Assembly (NCBI GenBank): GCA_963736115.1
Contig: CAVTNR010000012.1
Coordinates: forward strand, 96,001 to 160,000
Direction: 5' to 3'
DNA length: 64,000 nt
Source: an uncultured bacterium
Lineage (GTDB): Bacteria > Zhuqueibacterota > QNDG01 > DTFT01
Shown here: positions 19,787 to 29,651 of the stretch, piece after piece
How positions within the stretch are numbered: position 1 is the stretch's first letter
Layout of the letters: the number at the start of each line of letters is the position of its first letter
Notes under the pieces: generated by a model
The model's input: only the letters and a program-made list of their open reading frames with translations
What the model was told of the DNA's origin: nothing
Databases searched by the model: none
Position numbers and translations under genes: made by a program

Positions 19787-21143
19787 CTCATTCTCCTTGC
19801 CTTAGAGGGAAAAGCGCGCCGTCATGCGCTGGACCTTGTCAAACACCCCGAACGGCGTCATCGCGTAGTCGAACGACGCCCCGTAGCGCCGCACGCCCAG
19901 GCCGAACGTGAATCCGTCCTCGACGTTGTTCGACACGTAACCGCCGCGCACCAGAAGCGTCTTCAGAAGACCGTATTCCACCCCCACCTTCAACTGCTCC
20001 GGGTGGTCCCGGTGATGGCTCGCGTCCACGCTCACCAGAAGGCTCTGGTCCAGAGGCAGGTCCTCCACCAGGTCCAGAACGTCCATCGAGATCCCCAGGT
20101 TGAACACCAGCGGAAGCTGGAATCCCTCCTCCACGTACTCGATCTCCGTCGAAAAGTTCCGAACCGACATGCCGAACACCAGGCTCTTGAAGCCCGTCTT
20201 GAACTGCGTCCCGAAGTCAAACGCCATCGGCGTCAGGCTGTTTTTCACCGTCACCGCCGTCGTATCCAGCGCCGCAGAAACCCGGGGCACCACGCTCTCG
20301 CCCAGGTCCTGGTGAACCCAGCGGACCTGGCCGCCCACGCTGAAACGGTCCGTCAGACGCTTCGCGTATCCCACGCCCGCCGCCCACGCGCTCAGCTGGA
20401 ACTTCCCCGTGTCACGGAATCCGTCCGGAGCGGTCTTGTCCACCACCGTCCCGTAAAAATCCCCGTAGTCCACGTTCTGGAAGCTCACGCCCAGCACCCC
20501 CCACTCCCCCTTCGCCGGGCTCAGCGTCAACGCCACCGCGTTGTGCTTGATGTCCGCGATCCACGTGTTCTGGCTCGCGCTCACGTCCACGAACACGCCC
20601 TGGTTCGCCATGCCCGCGGGGTTGAAGAACAATGACGAAGACCCCGCCTCCAGGCTCGTCAGCGCCTCGGCCATAGCCGCGCCGCGCGCGTCCGACACCA
20701 CGCTCAAAAACTGAAATCCCGTCTGCGCCAGCTTCTTGTTCCCCGCCTCCGCTCCGGACCCGAAACCAAGCACGCCCAGGCAGAGAACGCAGATTCCGAT
20801 TTGATTGCTCTTGTTCATCTCTCGTCTCCTTGCCTTAGCGTATGACCACGAACTTCCGGATCACCGATTCCCCTTTACTGAACCCCGCCCCGTCCTCCGT
20901 CACCTCCACGTACAGCAGGTAGATGCCGCTCACGATGATCTGGCGCGACGATGTCATCGAATCCCACAGCTCGTCGCCCGCGCCGTTCGTGTGCTCTTTT
21001 GACCAGACCAGGTCGCCCCGCTCCGTGTACACCCGCACCTTGCACCGCGGCGGCAGGCCGTAGAACGCGATGCGGTCGTACTGCGACTCGTCCCCGAACT
21101 GGAACATCCGCGACCGCAGGTCGTAGGGGTTCGGCACCACGCG
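19706..21143. repeat. 1438-bp direct repeat, copy 1
   Basis: Matches 28214-29651 at offset 8508. Both boundaries were checked base by base and ORFs in several frames translate identically. Confidence 0.95.
19802..20818 (-). CDS. PorV/PorQ-family outer-membrane barrel (module A)
   Basis: FL..ARGAAMAEA..FFNPAG N-terminal motif, FDFG, GVEYG..VRGGY, FDYA and a terminal strand ARFSL. Confidence 0.85.
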   Translation of the reverse strand: MNKSNQIGICVLCLGVLGFGSGAEAGNKKLAQTGFQFLSVVSDARGAAMAEALTSLEAGSSSLFFNPAGMANQGVFVDVSASQNTWIADIKHNAVALTLSPAKGEWGVLGVSFQNVDYGDFYGTVVDKTAPDGFRDTGKFQLSAWAAGVGYAKRLTDRFSVGGQVRWVHQDLGESVVPRVSAALDTTAVTVKNSLTPMAFDFGTQFKTGFKSLVFGMSVRNFSTEIEYVEEGFQLPLVFNLGISMDVLDLVEDLPLDQSLLVSVDASHHRDHPEQLKVGVEYGLLKTLLVRGGYVSNNVEDGFTFGLGVRRYGASFDYAMTPFGVFDKVQRMTARFSL

Positions 21144-22988
21144 GACCTGCGAGAGGCTCGTGCCCGCGGGTTTCAGCAGGTTGGCGGGCCGGCTCGTCAG
21201 GGTCCAGAACAGGCCGCTCAGCAGAGTGCGGTTCTCCTGCGTGCCGTCGTCCTTCGATTGAATCGCGTAGTAGTAGTCGAATCCGCGCGTGGCGGTCGTG
21301 TCGTTCCATTCGTTCACCGCGTCGGCCGCGCCGCACTCGAACACTGTCTCGTACCGCGAATCAACGCCGAGCACCGTGCCCACGGCCCGGCTGATCACGT
21401 AACCGCCGAAATGCGGGTCAGACTCGGCGTTGTCGGCCCAGGTGAGCTGGATACGGTCGCCGCCCGAACGGACCGTGAACCACTTCGGCGGCGGCGGCGG
21501 CTGGGGCAGAGACCAGCCGGATTCATAGTTCCTCACCGCGTTCCGGTACATGGCCAGCACGGAGTCCACGCCCGTGAACACCCACGCCTTTTTGTACGCG
21601 TTGTGGTCCGCCGTCTCGGAACCATCGGGCATCACGAGGCTGGGCGAGGCCGTGTTGTTGCGCCACTGCAGCCAGTTCCAACCCACTTCGCGGTTCTTCT
21701 CGCGCCCGATGCCGTTCACGCCCTCGGCGAACACGATGCGGACGCTGTCGCCTGGCGCCAATGTATAGGGCCCAAAGCCCTGGCCCTGGCTGGTGCCGCC
21801 TCCGCCCTGGCGACGGGCGTCGGTCAGGGTCATGGCGTAGTTGTTGCCGATCAGTTCGTCATGCGCCTGGGACGCATGGCCCTCGCTCATAACGCCGTAG
21901 CGGATGCCCATATAACTTTCATCATACTGGCTGACATTGGCGCTCATGCCCACGATGTCGCCGTCCGAGGCGATGTACCAGGTGGTCTTCGGCTGGGTCG
22001 CATCGTCGTCTTGATTGGACGGCGACTTGTCCGCGTGCAAGGTGACGGAGCCCGCGAACTTGGCCGAACCCATGAGCCCGTCCTCGTTCTCGTTCGGGCA
22101 TCCCCAGTCCTCATTGTAACTGACATTCTGCCGGTCGTCCTCGGGCCCGTAATAGGAGTAATAGCCGCGCATGCCGAAGGTCGGCGAGGACGGATTGGTG
22201 AAGGACGCGGCCGCGGGATCCCAGTTGAAGGCATGGTTCAGCGTGCCTTCTCCCCAGACCGTGTTGAACGCGCCCCAGCCCAGGCCGAACCCGGGGCAGG
22301 CTTCACCCGCGAAGGCGTAGCGGACCGTGAAATACACCCAGAGGTCCTGCAGCGTCTGCGGATAGACCGTGCCCTCGCGGTCGATGATGCCCGTGTTCTT
22401 GAATACATAATCGTGGACATAGTAATCGTCCTGGTCGGGACTGGTGAAGGCCATCACCTTCTTGGTGACGGACACGCCGATCGACGTGTTGAACCGGACA
22501 AGCACCATGCGGTCGCAGGGCAGGTTCTCGTCCAGGCTGTCGAGTACGTCGTAGGTATCCAGCACCGTGGCCAGGTTGTCGTCCACCGACACCACCGGGT
22601 GATAGTCCTTTCCGATCAGCTTGATCTCCTTCTCGAAGATCATGTTGACCCGCTCTTCGGGATTGCGGGGGCCGGATCCGATCACCTTGACGCTGAGCGT
22701 GCGGCCCAGACGGGACTCATGAAAGTTCTTCGCCCCGATCCAGAGTCCTTTCTGGCGCACCGTGTTCTGCTCGATGCCGTACTGGGCGGGCCAGGAGAAA
22801 TGGTTCGTGTTGCCGACCTGGGATTCACTCTCGTACTCCGAGCCCACCTCGTTGACGAAAGACTGAAGCTGCCCGACGCGGAGCCACCGGACATCCTGGG
22901 AGAAACCGGCGCCGGCGAAGACTGTCAGGGCCAGCGCCGCCGTCCCGATCCAGAGGCCACGGCCGAACTTTGTTTGTTGCGATTTCAT
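20835..22988 (-). CDS. Secreted uncharacterised protein with FN3-like domain and VPNPY..KFVVIR CTD (module A)
   Basis: ATG 22988 after GAGGTG, SPI-type signal, PQPPPPP linker, FN3-like region (IQLTW..GYVI.R..YYYAI) and CTD. Confidence 0.8.
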   Translation of the reverse strand: MKSQQTKFGRGLWIGTAALALTVFAGAGFSQDVRWLRVGQLQSFVNEVGSEYESESQVGNTNHFSWPAQYGIEQNTVRQKGLWIGAKNFHESRLGRTLSVKVIGSGPRNPEERVNMIFEKEIKLIGKDYHPVVSVDDNLATVLDTYDVLDSLDENLPCDRMVLVRFNTSIGVSVTKKVMAFTSPDQDDYYVHDYVFKNTGIIDREGTVYPQTLQDLWVYFTVRYAFAGEACPGFGLGWGAFNTVWGEGTLNHAFNWDPAAASFTNPSSPTFGMRGYYSYYGPEDDRQNVSYNEDWGCPNENEDGLMGSAKFAGSVTLHADKSPSNQDDDATQPKTTWYIASDGDIVGMSANVSQYDESYMGIRYGVMSEGHASQAHDELIGNNYAMTLTDARRQGGGGTSQGQGFGPYTLAPGDSVRIVFAEGVNGIGREKNREVGWNWLQWRNNTASPSLVMPDGSETADHNAYKKAWVFTGVDSVLAMYRNAVRNYESGWSLPQPPPPPKWFTVRSGGDRIQLTWADNAESDPHFGGYVISRAVGTVLGVDSRYETVFECGAADAVNEWNDTTATRGFDYYYAIQSKDDGTQENRTLLSGLFWTLTSRPANLLKPAGTSLSQVRVVPNPYDLRSRMFQFGDESQYDRIAFYGLPPRCKVRVYTERGDLVWSKEHTNGAGDELWDSMTSSRQIIVSGIYLLYVEVTEDGAGFSKGESVIRKFVVIR

Positions 22989-23008
22989 GTGACACCTCTG
23001 TGTGTTGG

Positions 23009-26000
23009 TCAACGGGTTAGGTCGAAGGACAGCCGGGCGCCGTAGTAGAAGTGCCTGGGATTCAGGAACCAGAAGGTGGATGCGTTCGGCATGTCGATAT
23101 AGGCCTTGTCCTTCAGCACGCGGTCGATCCGTTTTTTGGCCACCTCGGACCAAGCTCCTCCGGCGTATTCCCAGTACAGGCCCGTCGAACCCTCGAAATA
23201 GATGGCCCGCGGCTTGCCGGACGAGGCCGGGTCGATCGTGCCCTGGTATTCCATCGGCTGGAACTCGACGCCGGGCTTCCGATAGTCCCCGACCCGGTCG
23301 TTCCCCGGAATGTTGTTGTAGGCCTTGTTCTTCGGCAGGTGAAGCGACAGCATGTAGTCGCGGTCTCCGGTGTCCCACAGCCGCTTGGTGTTCAGCACAT
23401 TGTCCACATCCATCATGATCTGCACGCTGGCCCGGCCCAGGCGGAGCGTCTTGGAGAGCCGCAGGGTGGTGTTGAAATAATCCAGGGTCCGTACGTTATA
23501 TGAAATGGACGGCACGTTCCGCGGGTTCCAGGTCACCCAGTTGCTGGCCTGCCAGTTCAGGAGCATGTTGAGCATCCATCCGCCCAGGGGCGCGTGGCCG
23601 AACACGGCCGGCCCCATGTCTCCGGGAGTGTACAGGCTGAGGTCGGCCCGTGCGTACGGCCGCGGCATCGGCCGGTCCTGGTACATGTTGATCGTGGCTT
23701 CGTCCCACTTTTTCTGCTCGGACGGATCCTGATACTGCCGGGCGCTGTTGAAGTGGCCGGACGTGCTGACCTGGTAGGTGTAGTTCGCGAACCCGGACCA
23801 CCAGCGGCCCGTACTTTTGCGCAGGGTCAGCTCGAAGCCGCGGATATCCTCGTACCGGTTGCTCGTGGTGAGCCCGTACGAATAGCCGGCGACCGAGTAG
23901 TAAGTGGTGTAGTCCTGCTGATCCGAGATGTCGCGGTAGAATGCGGTGACCTGCAGGAGAAAGCTCCTCGGGAGCAGGTGGTCGTAGCCCAGTTCGTAGG
24001 AGATGGTTTTGGCCAGGATCATGCTGGGATCGCCGATGCTGGTCAGATAGCGTTCCGCGTTGCGCTGAACCCGGAACAGAGTCTCATACTGCGGCATCTG
24101 CTTGAAATGGCCGTAGTTGAAAAACAGCTTGGAGTTTTCGGTGATGGGATGCGAGATGCCGAGCCTGGGGCTGAGCTGCCACTGCGGCTTTGATTCCTTC
24201 ATGGCGTACTCGGCGGCCGGCTTGTACTTGGACGAATAGAAGGCGTTGTCGTAGTGTTCGATGTTCCACCATTCAGTGCGGGAATCGCTGTAGTCGAGCC
24301 GCAGGCCCGCGTTCATCGTGAATCCCTTGGTTTCGAGCTTGTCCTGCAGATAGAGGCCGGCCCGGACCGGGAACACGCGCATCTGAACGCGGTTGGCGTA
24401 GGTCTTGCCGGCGGTGGCGGACGCGATGGTGCCGTAGTCGAAATCCAGATCGTTGTACACGAGTTCCGCGCCGGCCTTGACCAGGTTGTTGTAGTCGACC
24501 TGGCTGGTGTAGTCGGCCTTCAGCGTGGTGGAGCCGACTTTGGAGAAGTCGCGGGCTTTGGCGACGTGGGAACCGCCGATGATGATCACGCCGTTCACCT
24601 CGGACGGCCAGTATCCCAGGGGGTTGGAATCCTCGTAGAATCCGGGCACGACCTCGGTAAGGGCCGATGTGTCGCGCAGGGCCCTCGGCCGCACGTTGTA
24701 GTCGCGCCGGAACTGCTCCAGAGTGATTTCATAGAACGTCTTCGAGCTGACCGTGTGGGTGAGCTTGGCGGCCAATGACCGGTGCCCGATGTCGGCCAGG
24801 CAGAAGTTGTAGTCGGAGAACATGTTCACCAGGTCGAAGGTGCTCGCGACGTTCAGCGCGACGCCCGCGATCTCGTTCGGGTACCGCGGGTAGTAATAGG
24901 TGCCCGTGCCGTCCCAGTTGTGCCGTATGGTGAACTGCTTGCCGGCGAGCGCGGACAGACGCAGTTTCATGGTCTTGGTGATATCGGCATTCAGCTGGAG
25001 GGTCCAGTCATAGTCTTTGTAATCGGGACGGGACAGCGGCCAGACCAGCATGTCGCGATGCTGACGGAACGAACCAAAGAACCGCAGATCGCCCAGTGCC
25101 TTTCCGATCACCGGAACCGGCCCGCCGAAGCCCGCGTCAATGTCGTAATCCGCCTGGTCGTTGATCTGCCGCTTGCGGATCTCGTACTCGAACGCGCGAC
25201 GGGCGGCCAGGGGCGTCAGGTCGTTGTTCGGATTATTGTCCGTGCACAGGGACTGTGAGATGGCGTTCCATCCGACGAATTCCATGTACTGCTTGCGTGT
25301 GTACTCGTCCCACGCGCCGCTGGCCGTGCCCGTCCAGCACACGGCGTCGTCGTAAAACGGACGCATGACATAGGAGTCCGGGTCATGCACGTCCACGATG
25401 CCCGTGCCCCGCCAGTACTTCGGCGCGGCCGGGCTGAGCCGCGTTTGGACGCTTCCGAAATAGCCCTGGCGGCTGCCCTCCTGGGTGACCACGTTGACGA
25501 TGCCCGACTGCACCTGGCCGTATTCGGCGTTGAATCCGCCGCGCTCAACCGAAATCTCCTTGATGGCGGACAGTGCCAGCTTGGTGATGGGCTGGTTGTT
25601 GCGGGGATCACGCAGGGTGACGCCATCCATCATGAACAGGGCCGCATCGGCCATGCCGCCGCGGATGCTCAGGCCCTGCATGCCGGCCTGCATGCCCAGC
25701 ACGCCCTCGATGTTGGCCACGGGCAGGTCCTGAATTTCCTTGTCCGTCACGGAAACGACGCTGGTGGCCACGTCCGTTTTCACGAGCTCGCGCTTGGCGG
25801 CCACGACCACGGTTTCGCCCTGGAGGACTTCGTCGGCCAACCGCACGTCCACATGCGCGGTCTGGTCGATGAGCACGCGTATGGACTGCACCGTCACCCG
25901 GCCGTACCCGAGCATGGAGAGCTGGACCGAATGGGTGCCGGGCGGCACTTCGAGAATCGTATACGTGCCGTCCAAGTCCGTGACGCCGCCGAGCGCGGTG

Positions 26001-26158
26001 CCCGCGACCATCACATTGACGCCCGGCAGGGGCGTTCCTGTTTTCTGGTCCGTGACCTGTCCCCTTATCTTTCCGGTCGTGCCCGCCCAAAGCGGGGTGC
26101 CGAGAATCAGGACCAGAAGCAGCGTCTGGCCGAGGGCCCGCGTGAAAATGCTTTTCAT
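23009..26158 (-). CDS. TonB-dependent receptor with carboxypeptidase-regulatory-like N-domain (module A)
   Basis: GKIRGQV.D..TG.PLPG.NV, plug IRGG..GGFNAEYG..SGIVN, barrel LSPRLG.SHP, SYELG, and C-terminal PR..YGARLSF. Confidence 0.92.
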   Translation of the reverse strand: MKSIFTRALGQTLLLVLILGTPLWAGTTGKIRGQVTDQKTGTPLPGVNVMVAGTALGGVTDLDGTYTILEVPPGTHSVQLSMLGYGRVTVQSIRVLIDQTAHVDVRLADEVLQGETVVVAAKRELVKTDVATSVVSVTDKEIQDLPVANIEGVLGMQAGMQGLSIRGGMADAALFMMDGVTLRDPRNNQPITKLALSAIKEISVERGGFNAEYGQVQSGIVNVVTQEGSRQGYFGSVQTRLSPAAPKYWRGTGIVDVHDPDSYVMRPFYDDAVCWTGTASGAWDEYTRKQYMEFVGWNAISQSLCTDNNPNNDLTPLAARRAFEYEIRKRQINDQADYDIDAGFGGPVPVIGKALGDLRFFGSFRQHRDMLVWPLSRPDYKDYDWTLQLNADITKTMKLRLSALAGKQFTIRHNWDGTGTYYYPRYPNEIAGVALNVASTFDLVNMFSDYNFCLADIGHRSLAAKLTHTVSSKTFYEITLEQFRRDYNVRPRALRDTSALTEVVPGFYEDSNPLGYWPSEVNGVIIIGGSHVAKARDFSKVGSTTLKADYTSQVDYNNLVKAGAELVYNDLDFDYGTIASATAGKTYANRVQMRVFPVRAGLYLQDKLETKGFTMNAGLRLDYSDSRTEWWNIEHYDNAFYSSKYKPAAEYAMKESKPQWQLSPRLGISHPITENSKLFFNYGHFKQMPQYETLFRVQRNAERYLTSIGDPSMILAKTISYELGYDHLLPRSFLLQVTAFYRDISDQQDYTTYYSVAGYSYGLTTSNRYEDIRGFELTLRKSTGRWWSGFANYTYQVSTSGHFNSARQYQDPSEQKKWDEATINMYQDRPMPRPYARADLSLYTPGDMGPAVFGHAPLGGWMLNMLLNWQASNWVTWNPRNVPSISYNVRTLDYFNTTLRLSKTLRLGRASVQIMMDVDNVLNTKRLWDTGDRDYMLSLHLPKNKAYNNIPGNDRVGDYRKPGVEFQPMEYQGTIDPASSGKPRAIYFEGSTGLYWEYAGGAWSEVAKKRIDRVLKDKAYIDMPNASTFWFLNPRHFYYGARLSFDLTR

Positions 26159-26338
26159 ACCATCCTCCAAGAAATGAGATGGGACTGCCGTGAAAATGCC
26201 GGGAATCTGATGAAATACGTTAATACGGAATGTGCCGTTTACTTAATCGTTTTAGCCAAACCATACAAAAACCTTGCTCAATCGAGCCTATTTCCTTAAC
26301 AACTATTTATAATAATATTATGAAGTTAGGAGTCGACC

Positions 26339-26381
26339 GGAAACGTTTCCAATAATATACAAAAAATCCCCTTTTCCGCAA
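26339..26381 (-). promoter_or_regulatory. Promoter with a LacI-type operator upstream of module A
   Basis: TTGCGG-N16-TATATT, followed 3 nt later by the perfect palindrome GGAAACGTTTCC (26339-26350). Confidence 0.6.
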
Positions 26382-26453
26382 GCACTTTTTAAACTGAACC
26401 GCCCGGGGTTGCGAAGCCTCGGGCGATCAAAATCGGAACATATACAGGGGGGT

Positions 26454-26966
26454 TCACGGAGCGACCTGAACCGGCACCTCCTTTTGATCCCAGAGCCGGC
26501 CCTTATCCGCGTAGTTGAAACAATGCCGCCGGACCAACTGGTGGTTCGCGGGGGAATATTCGAAATAGACGCTCCAGGTCCCGTTCCCCTGGCTCGAATG
26601 ATCCGCGGCAGGCACATAAGCGATCACGGTCGCGGTCCATTCGCCCGGAATCGCGGGCAGCCACCGGATCCAGCGGCCCTGATTGAAAGTGCCGGATGCA
26701 TTGGCCTTTTCGATGATCCCGGAATCATCCGAAGTGCTTCCCAGTGCCAGGTCCCAATGGTAATTGAGGCCGTCCGGGTATTCCGTCTCGCATGTGAGAC
26801 GGACCGTATCTCCGGGAGATACATCGGTGCGATCCACGGTGACCCGGGTGATTTCGACCGGAACGGTATTGTTCGCATCGGAGTCGTTCGATTCAGTGGC
26901 GCTCTTCTTGCATGAAAGAAAAGTTAAAACTGAAAGGACGCAAATCACCCCATTTAAAAATTTCAT
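26454..26966 (-). CDS. Small lipoprotein with an Ig/PKD-like domain
   Basis: Lipobox FLSC, VSPGDTVRLTC..GLNYHW; TTG start after a GGAGG RBS. Confidence 0.65.
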   Translation of the reverse strand: MKFLNGVICVLSVLTFLSCKKSATESNDSDANNTVPVEITRVTVDRTDVSPGDTVRLTCETEYPDGLNYHWDLALGSTSDDSGIIEKANASGTFNQGRWIRWLPAIPGEWTATVIAYVPAADHSSQGNGTWSVYFEYSPANHQLVRRHCFNYADKGRLWDQKEVPVQVAP

Positions 26967-27073
26967 TGAACTGCCTCCGGATCTGAAATGGAGCGGAGAT
27001 CCTCGCCCAGGGCATTGAGGCTCCGGGGGATCATGTGATCAGCCTGACCCCGAAATCGGTTCGGGGACCGCTT

Positions 27074-28294
27074 TTATCTGAACATCCCGACCGGCGGCGG
27101 CGCCGGGCCGAAATCCGGTCCCATATCGATCCGGATCAGGTCTCCCTTGGTCCCGACGAGTTGGAGCATGTACGCATAGCGGCTGTTTCCCCGGACCAGC
27201 CGCTCCGCGCTCCCCTTGATGATGCCCTTGTACCAGGTGTCCAGTGTCCCGTCCGCCTTCATCAGCAGGATGGGGTCGGCCGCGTCCGTGGCCACGTACA
27301 TGTCGCCCGAGGCCGAGAACATCACGTCCTTGAACGCAGCGGCTGAAAATACGCCTGAAGCGGCTCGGTCCAGCACCGTTTCCCTCGGCCCGAGCGTTCC
27401 GGCCGCGTCGAGTATCGCGTGGCGGTACACGGCCGCCTTCGGCTCAACGGTGGCGTGCTCCGCCACCACGTACACATAATTTCCATTCACCCGTATCTTC
27501 TTCACATCGTGAGTGGCATAAACTCCGAGCGCCGCTGAAAACGTCCCGTCCGGATACGACACGTACAGGTCGGTGTTCTTGGCGGCCATATAAATGTTGC
27601 CGTTCGCGTCCGCGTCCCCGACCGTGAAGCGTTTCGGCGCCTTCGCGACCCATTCCGTTTCCACGCCGTCCACCGGGTTCACCTTCGAGATCTTCGCATT
27701 GTTGCTCAGCAGAACCAGGCTTTGGTCCGCGGCCGGAATCACGTCCGTCACGCCCCGGAGCGTCGATTCCATGAAAACACTCTGCGTGCCGTCCGAAGCC
27801 ACCTTGAACGCCTTCATCAGGCCGGTTCGGAAAATGTAGATGTTCTCCGCCGCGTCTACCAGGATCGCGTTGTTGGCCGCGCCGTCGATGAAGCCGCCGT
27901 AGGGCTCCGCCACGACGTCGACCGGGTATCCTTCGAAGCTTCCGACCTCCAGCGCGCCCAGGGTCACCACTTTCAGATTCAGCGTCCCGGATACCGCCGG
28001 CCGCCGGATCAGAAGGGAGGTGGCGGTCGCGGAAATGATCTCCGTCTTCGCGCCGTTGAAATACACCCGGTTGCTGTCCGGCACGGGCGAAAAACGGTCG
28101 CCGCGTATCGTGACGGTATTCACGCCTGCCGTTGCCCGGGCGGGTTCCAGACCGGTCACCGACGGCCCCAGTTTCGCGGCATGGTCCTGGTACCACATGG
28201 GCACGGGCGAGTCGTATTCGCATCCCGCCGCGGCGAGCAGAAGGACCGCGCAGGCCGATGCCGGCAGGATCCAGCCGTATTGAAAGCGTTTCAT
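27074..28294 (-). CDS. IPT/TIG plus beta-propeller lipoprotein (module B)
   Basis: Paralog of 18593-19786, identical through the lipobox GCEY and divergent afterwards. Confidence 0.85.
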   Translation of the reverse strand: MKRFQYGWILPASACAVLLLAAAGCEYDSPVPMWYQDHAAKLGPSVTGLEPARATAGVNTVTIRGDRFSPVPDSNRVYFNGAKTEIISATATSLLIRRPAVSGTLNLKVVTLGALEVGSFEGYPVDVVAEPYGGFIDGAANNAILVDAAENIYIFRTGLMKAFKVASDGTQSVFMESTLRGVTDVIPAADQSLVLLSNNAKISKVNPVDGVETEWVAKAPKRFTVGDADANGNIYMAAKNTDLYVSYPDGTFSAALGVYATHDVKKIRVNGNYVYVVAEHATVEPKAAVYRHAILDAAGTLGPRETVLDRAASGVFSAAAFKDVMFSASGDMYVATDAADPILLMKADGTLDTWYKGIIKGSAERLVRGNSRYAYMLQLVGTKGDLIRIDMGPDFGPAPPPVGMFR

Positions 28295-29651
28295 CTCATT
28301 CTCCTTGCCTTAGAGGGAAAAGCGCGCCGTCATGCGCTGGACCTTGTCAAACACCCCGAACGGCGTCATCGCGTAGTCGAACGACGCCCCGTAGCGCCGC
28401 ACGCCCAGGCCGAACGTGAATCCGTCCTCGACGTTGTTCGACACGTAACCGCCGCGCACCAGAAGCGTCTTCAGAAGACCGTATTCCACCCCCACCTTCA
28501 ACTGCTCCGGGTGGTCCCGGTGATGGCTCGCGTCCACGCTCACCAGAAGGCTCTGGTCCAGAGGCAGGTCCTCCACCAGGTCCAGAACGTCCATCGAGAT
28601 CCCCAGGTTGAACACCAGCGGAAGCTGGAATCCCTCCTCCACGTACTCGATCTCCGTCGAAAAGTTCCGAACCGACATGCCGAACACCAGGCTCTTGAAG
28701 CCCGTCTTGAACTGCGTCCCGAAGTCAAACGCCATCGGCGTCAGGCTGTTTTTCACCGTCACCGCCGTCGTATCCAGCGCCGCAGAAACCCGGGGCACCA
28801 CGCTCTCGCCCAGGTCCTGGTGAACCCAGCGGACCTGGCCGCCCACGCTGAAACGGTCCGTCAGACGCTTCGCGTATCCCACGCCCGCCGCCCACGCGCT
28901 CAGCTGGAACTTCCCCGTGTCACGGAATCCGTCCGGAGCGGTCTTGTCCACCACCGTCCCGTAAAAATCCCCGTAGTCCACGTTCTGGAAGCTCACGCCC
29001 AGCACCCCCCACTCCCCCTTCGCCGGGCTCAGCGTCAACGCCACCGCGTTGTGCTTGATGTCCGCGATCCACGTGTTCTGGCTCGCGCTCACGTCCACGA
29101 ACACGCCCTGGTTCGCCATGCCCGCGGGGTTGAAGAACAATGACGAAGACCCCGCCTCCAGGCTCGTCAGCGCCTCGGCCATAGCCGCGCCGCGCGCGTC
29201 CGACACCACGCTCAAAAACTGAAATCCCGTCTGCGCCAGCTTCTTGTTCCCCGCCTCCGCTCCGGACCCGAAACCAAGCACGCCCAGGCAGAGAACGCAG
29301 ATTCCGATTTGATTGCTCTTGTTCATCTCTCGTCTCCTTGCCTTAGCGTATGACCACGAACTTCCGGATCACCGATTCCCCTTTACTGAACCCCGCCCCG
29401 TCCTCCGTCACCTCCACGTACAGCAGGTAGATGCCGCTCACGATGATCTGGCGCGACGATGTCATCGAATCCCACAGCTCGTCGCCCGCGCCGTTCGTGT
29501 GCTCTTTTGACCAGACCAGGTCGCCCCGCTCCGTGTACACCCGCACCTTGCACCGCGGCGGCAGGCCGTAGAACGCGATGCGGTCGTACTGCGACTCGTC
29601 CCCGAACTGGAACATCCGCGACCGCAGGTCGTAGGGGTTCGGCACCACGCG
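28214..29651. repeat. 1438-bp direct repeat, copy 2
   Basis: Matches 19706-21143. Confidence 0.95.
28310..29326 (-). CDS. PorV/PorQ-family outer-membrane barrel (module B)
   Basis: Translation is identical to 19802-20818. Confidence 0.85.
   Translation of the reverse strand: MNKSNQIGICVLCLGVLGFGSGAEAGNKKLAQTGFQFLSVVSDARGAAMAEALTSLEAGSSSLFFNPAGMANQGVFVDVSASQNTWIADIKHNAVALTLSPAKGEWGVLGVSFQNVDYGDFYGTVVDKTAPDGFRDTGKFQLSAWAAGVGYAKRLTDRFSVGGQVRWVHQDLGESVVPRVSAALDTTAVTVKNSLTPMAFDFGTQFKTGFKSLVFGMSVRNFSTEIEYVEEGFQLPLVFNLGISMDVLDLVEDLPLDQSLLVSVDASHHRDHPEQLKVGVEYGLLKTLLVRGGYVSNNVEDGFTFGLGVRRYGASFDYAMTPFGVFDKVQRMTARFSL

Noticed and set aside
20835-22988. Calling the receptor partner SusD
   Set aside because: It has no lipobox Cys or TPR-like helical pattern and instead carries an FN3-like domain and a CTD.
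19706-29651. Repeat as an IS element or a diversity-generating retroelement template
   Set aside because: No transposase, terminal inverted repeats, reverse transcriptase or adenine-specific mismatches are seen.
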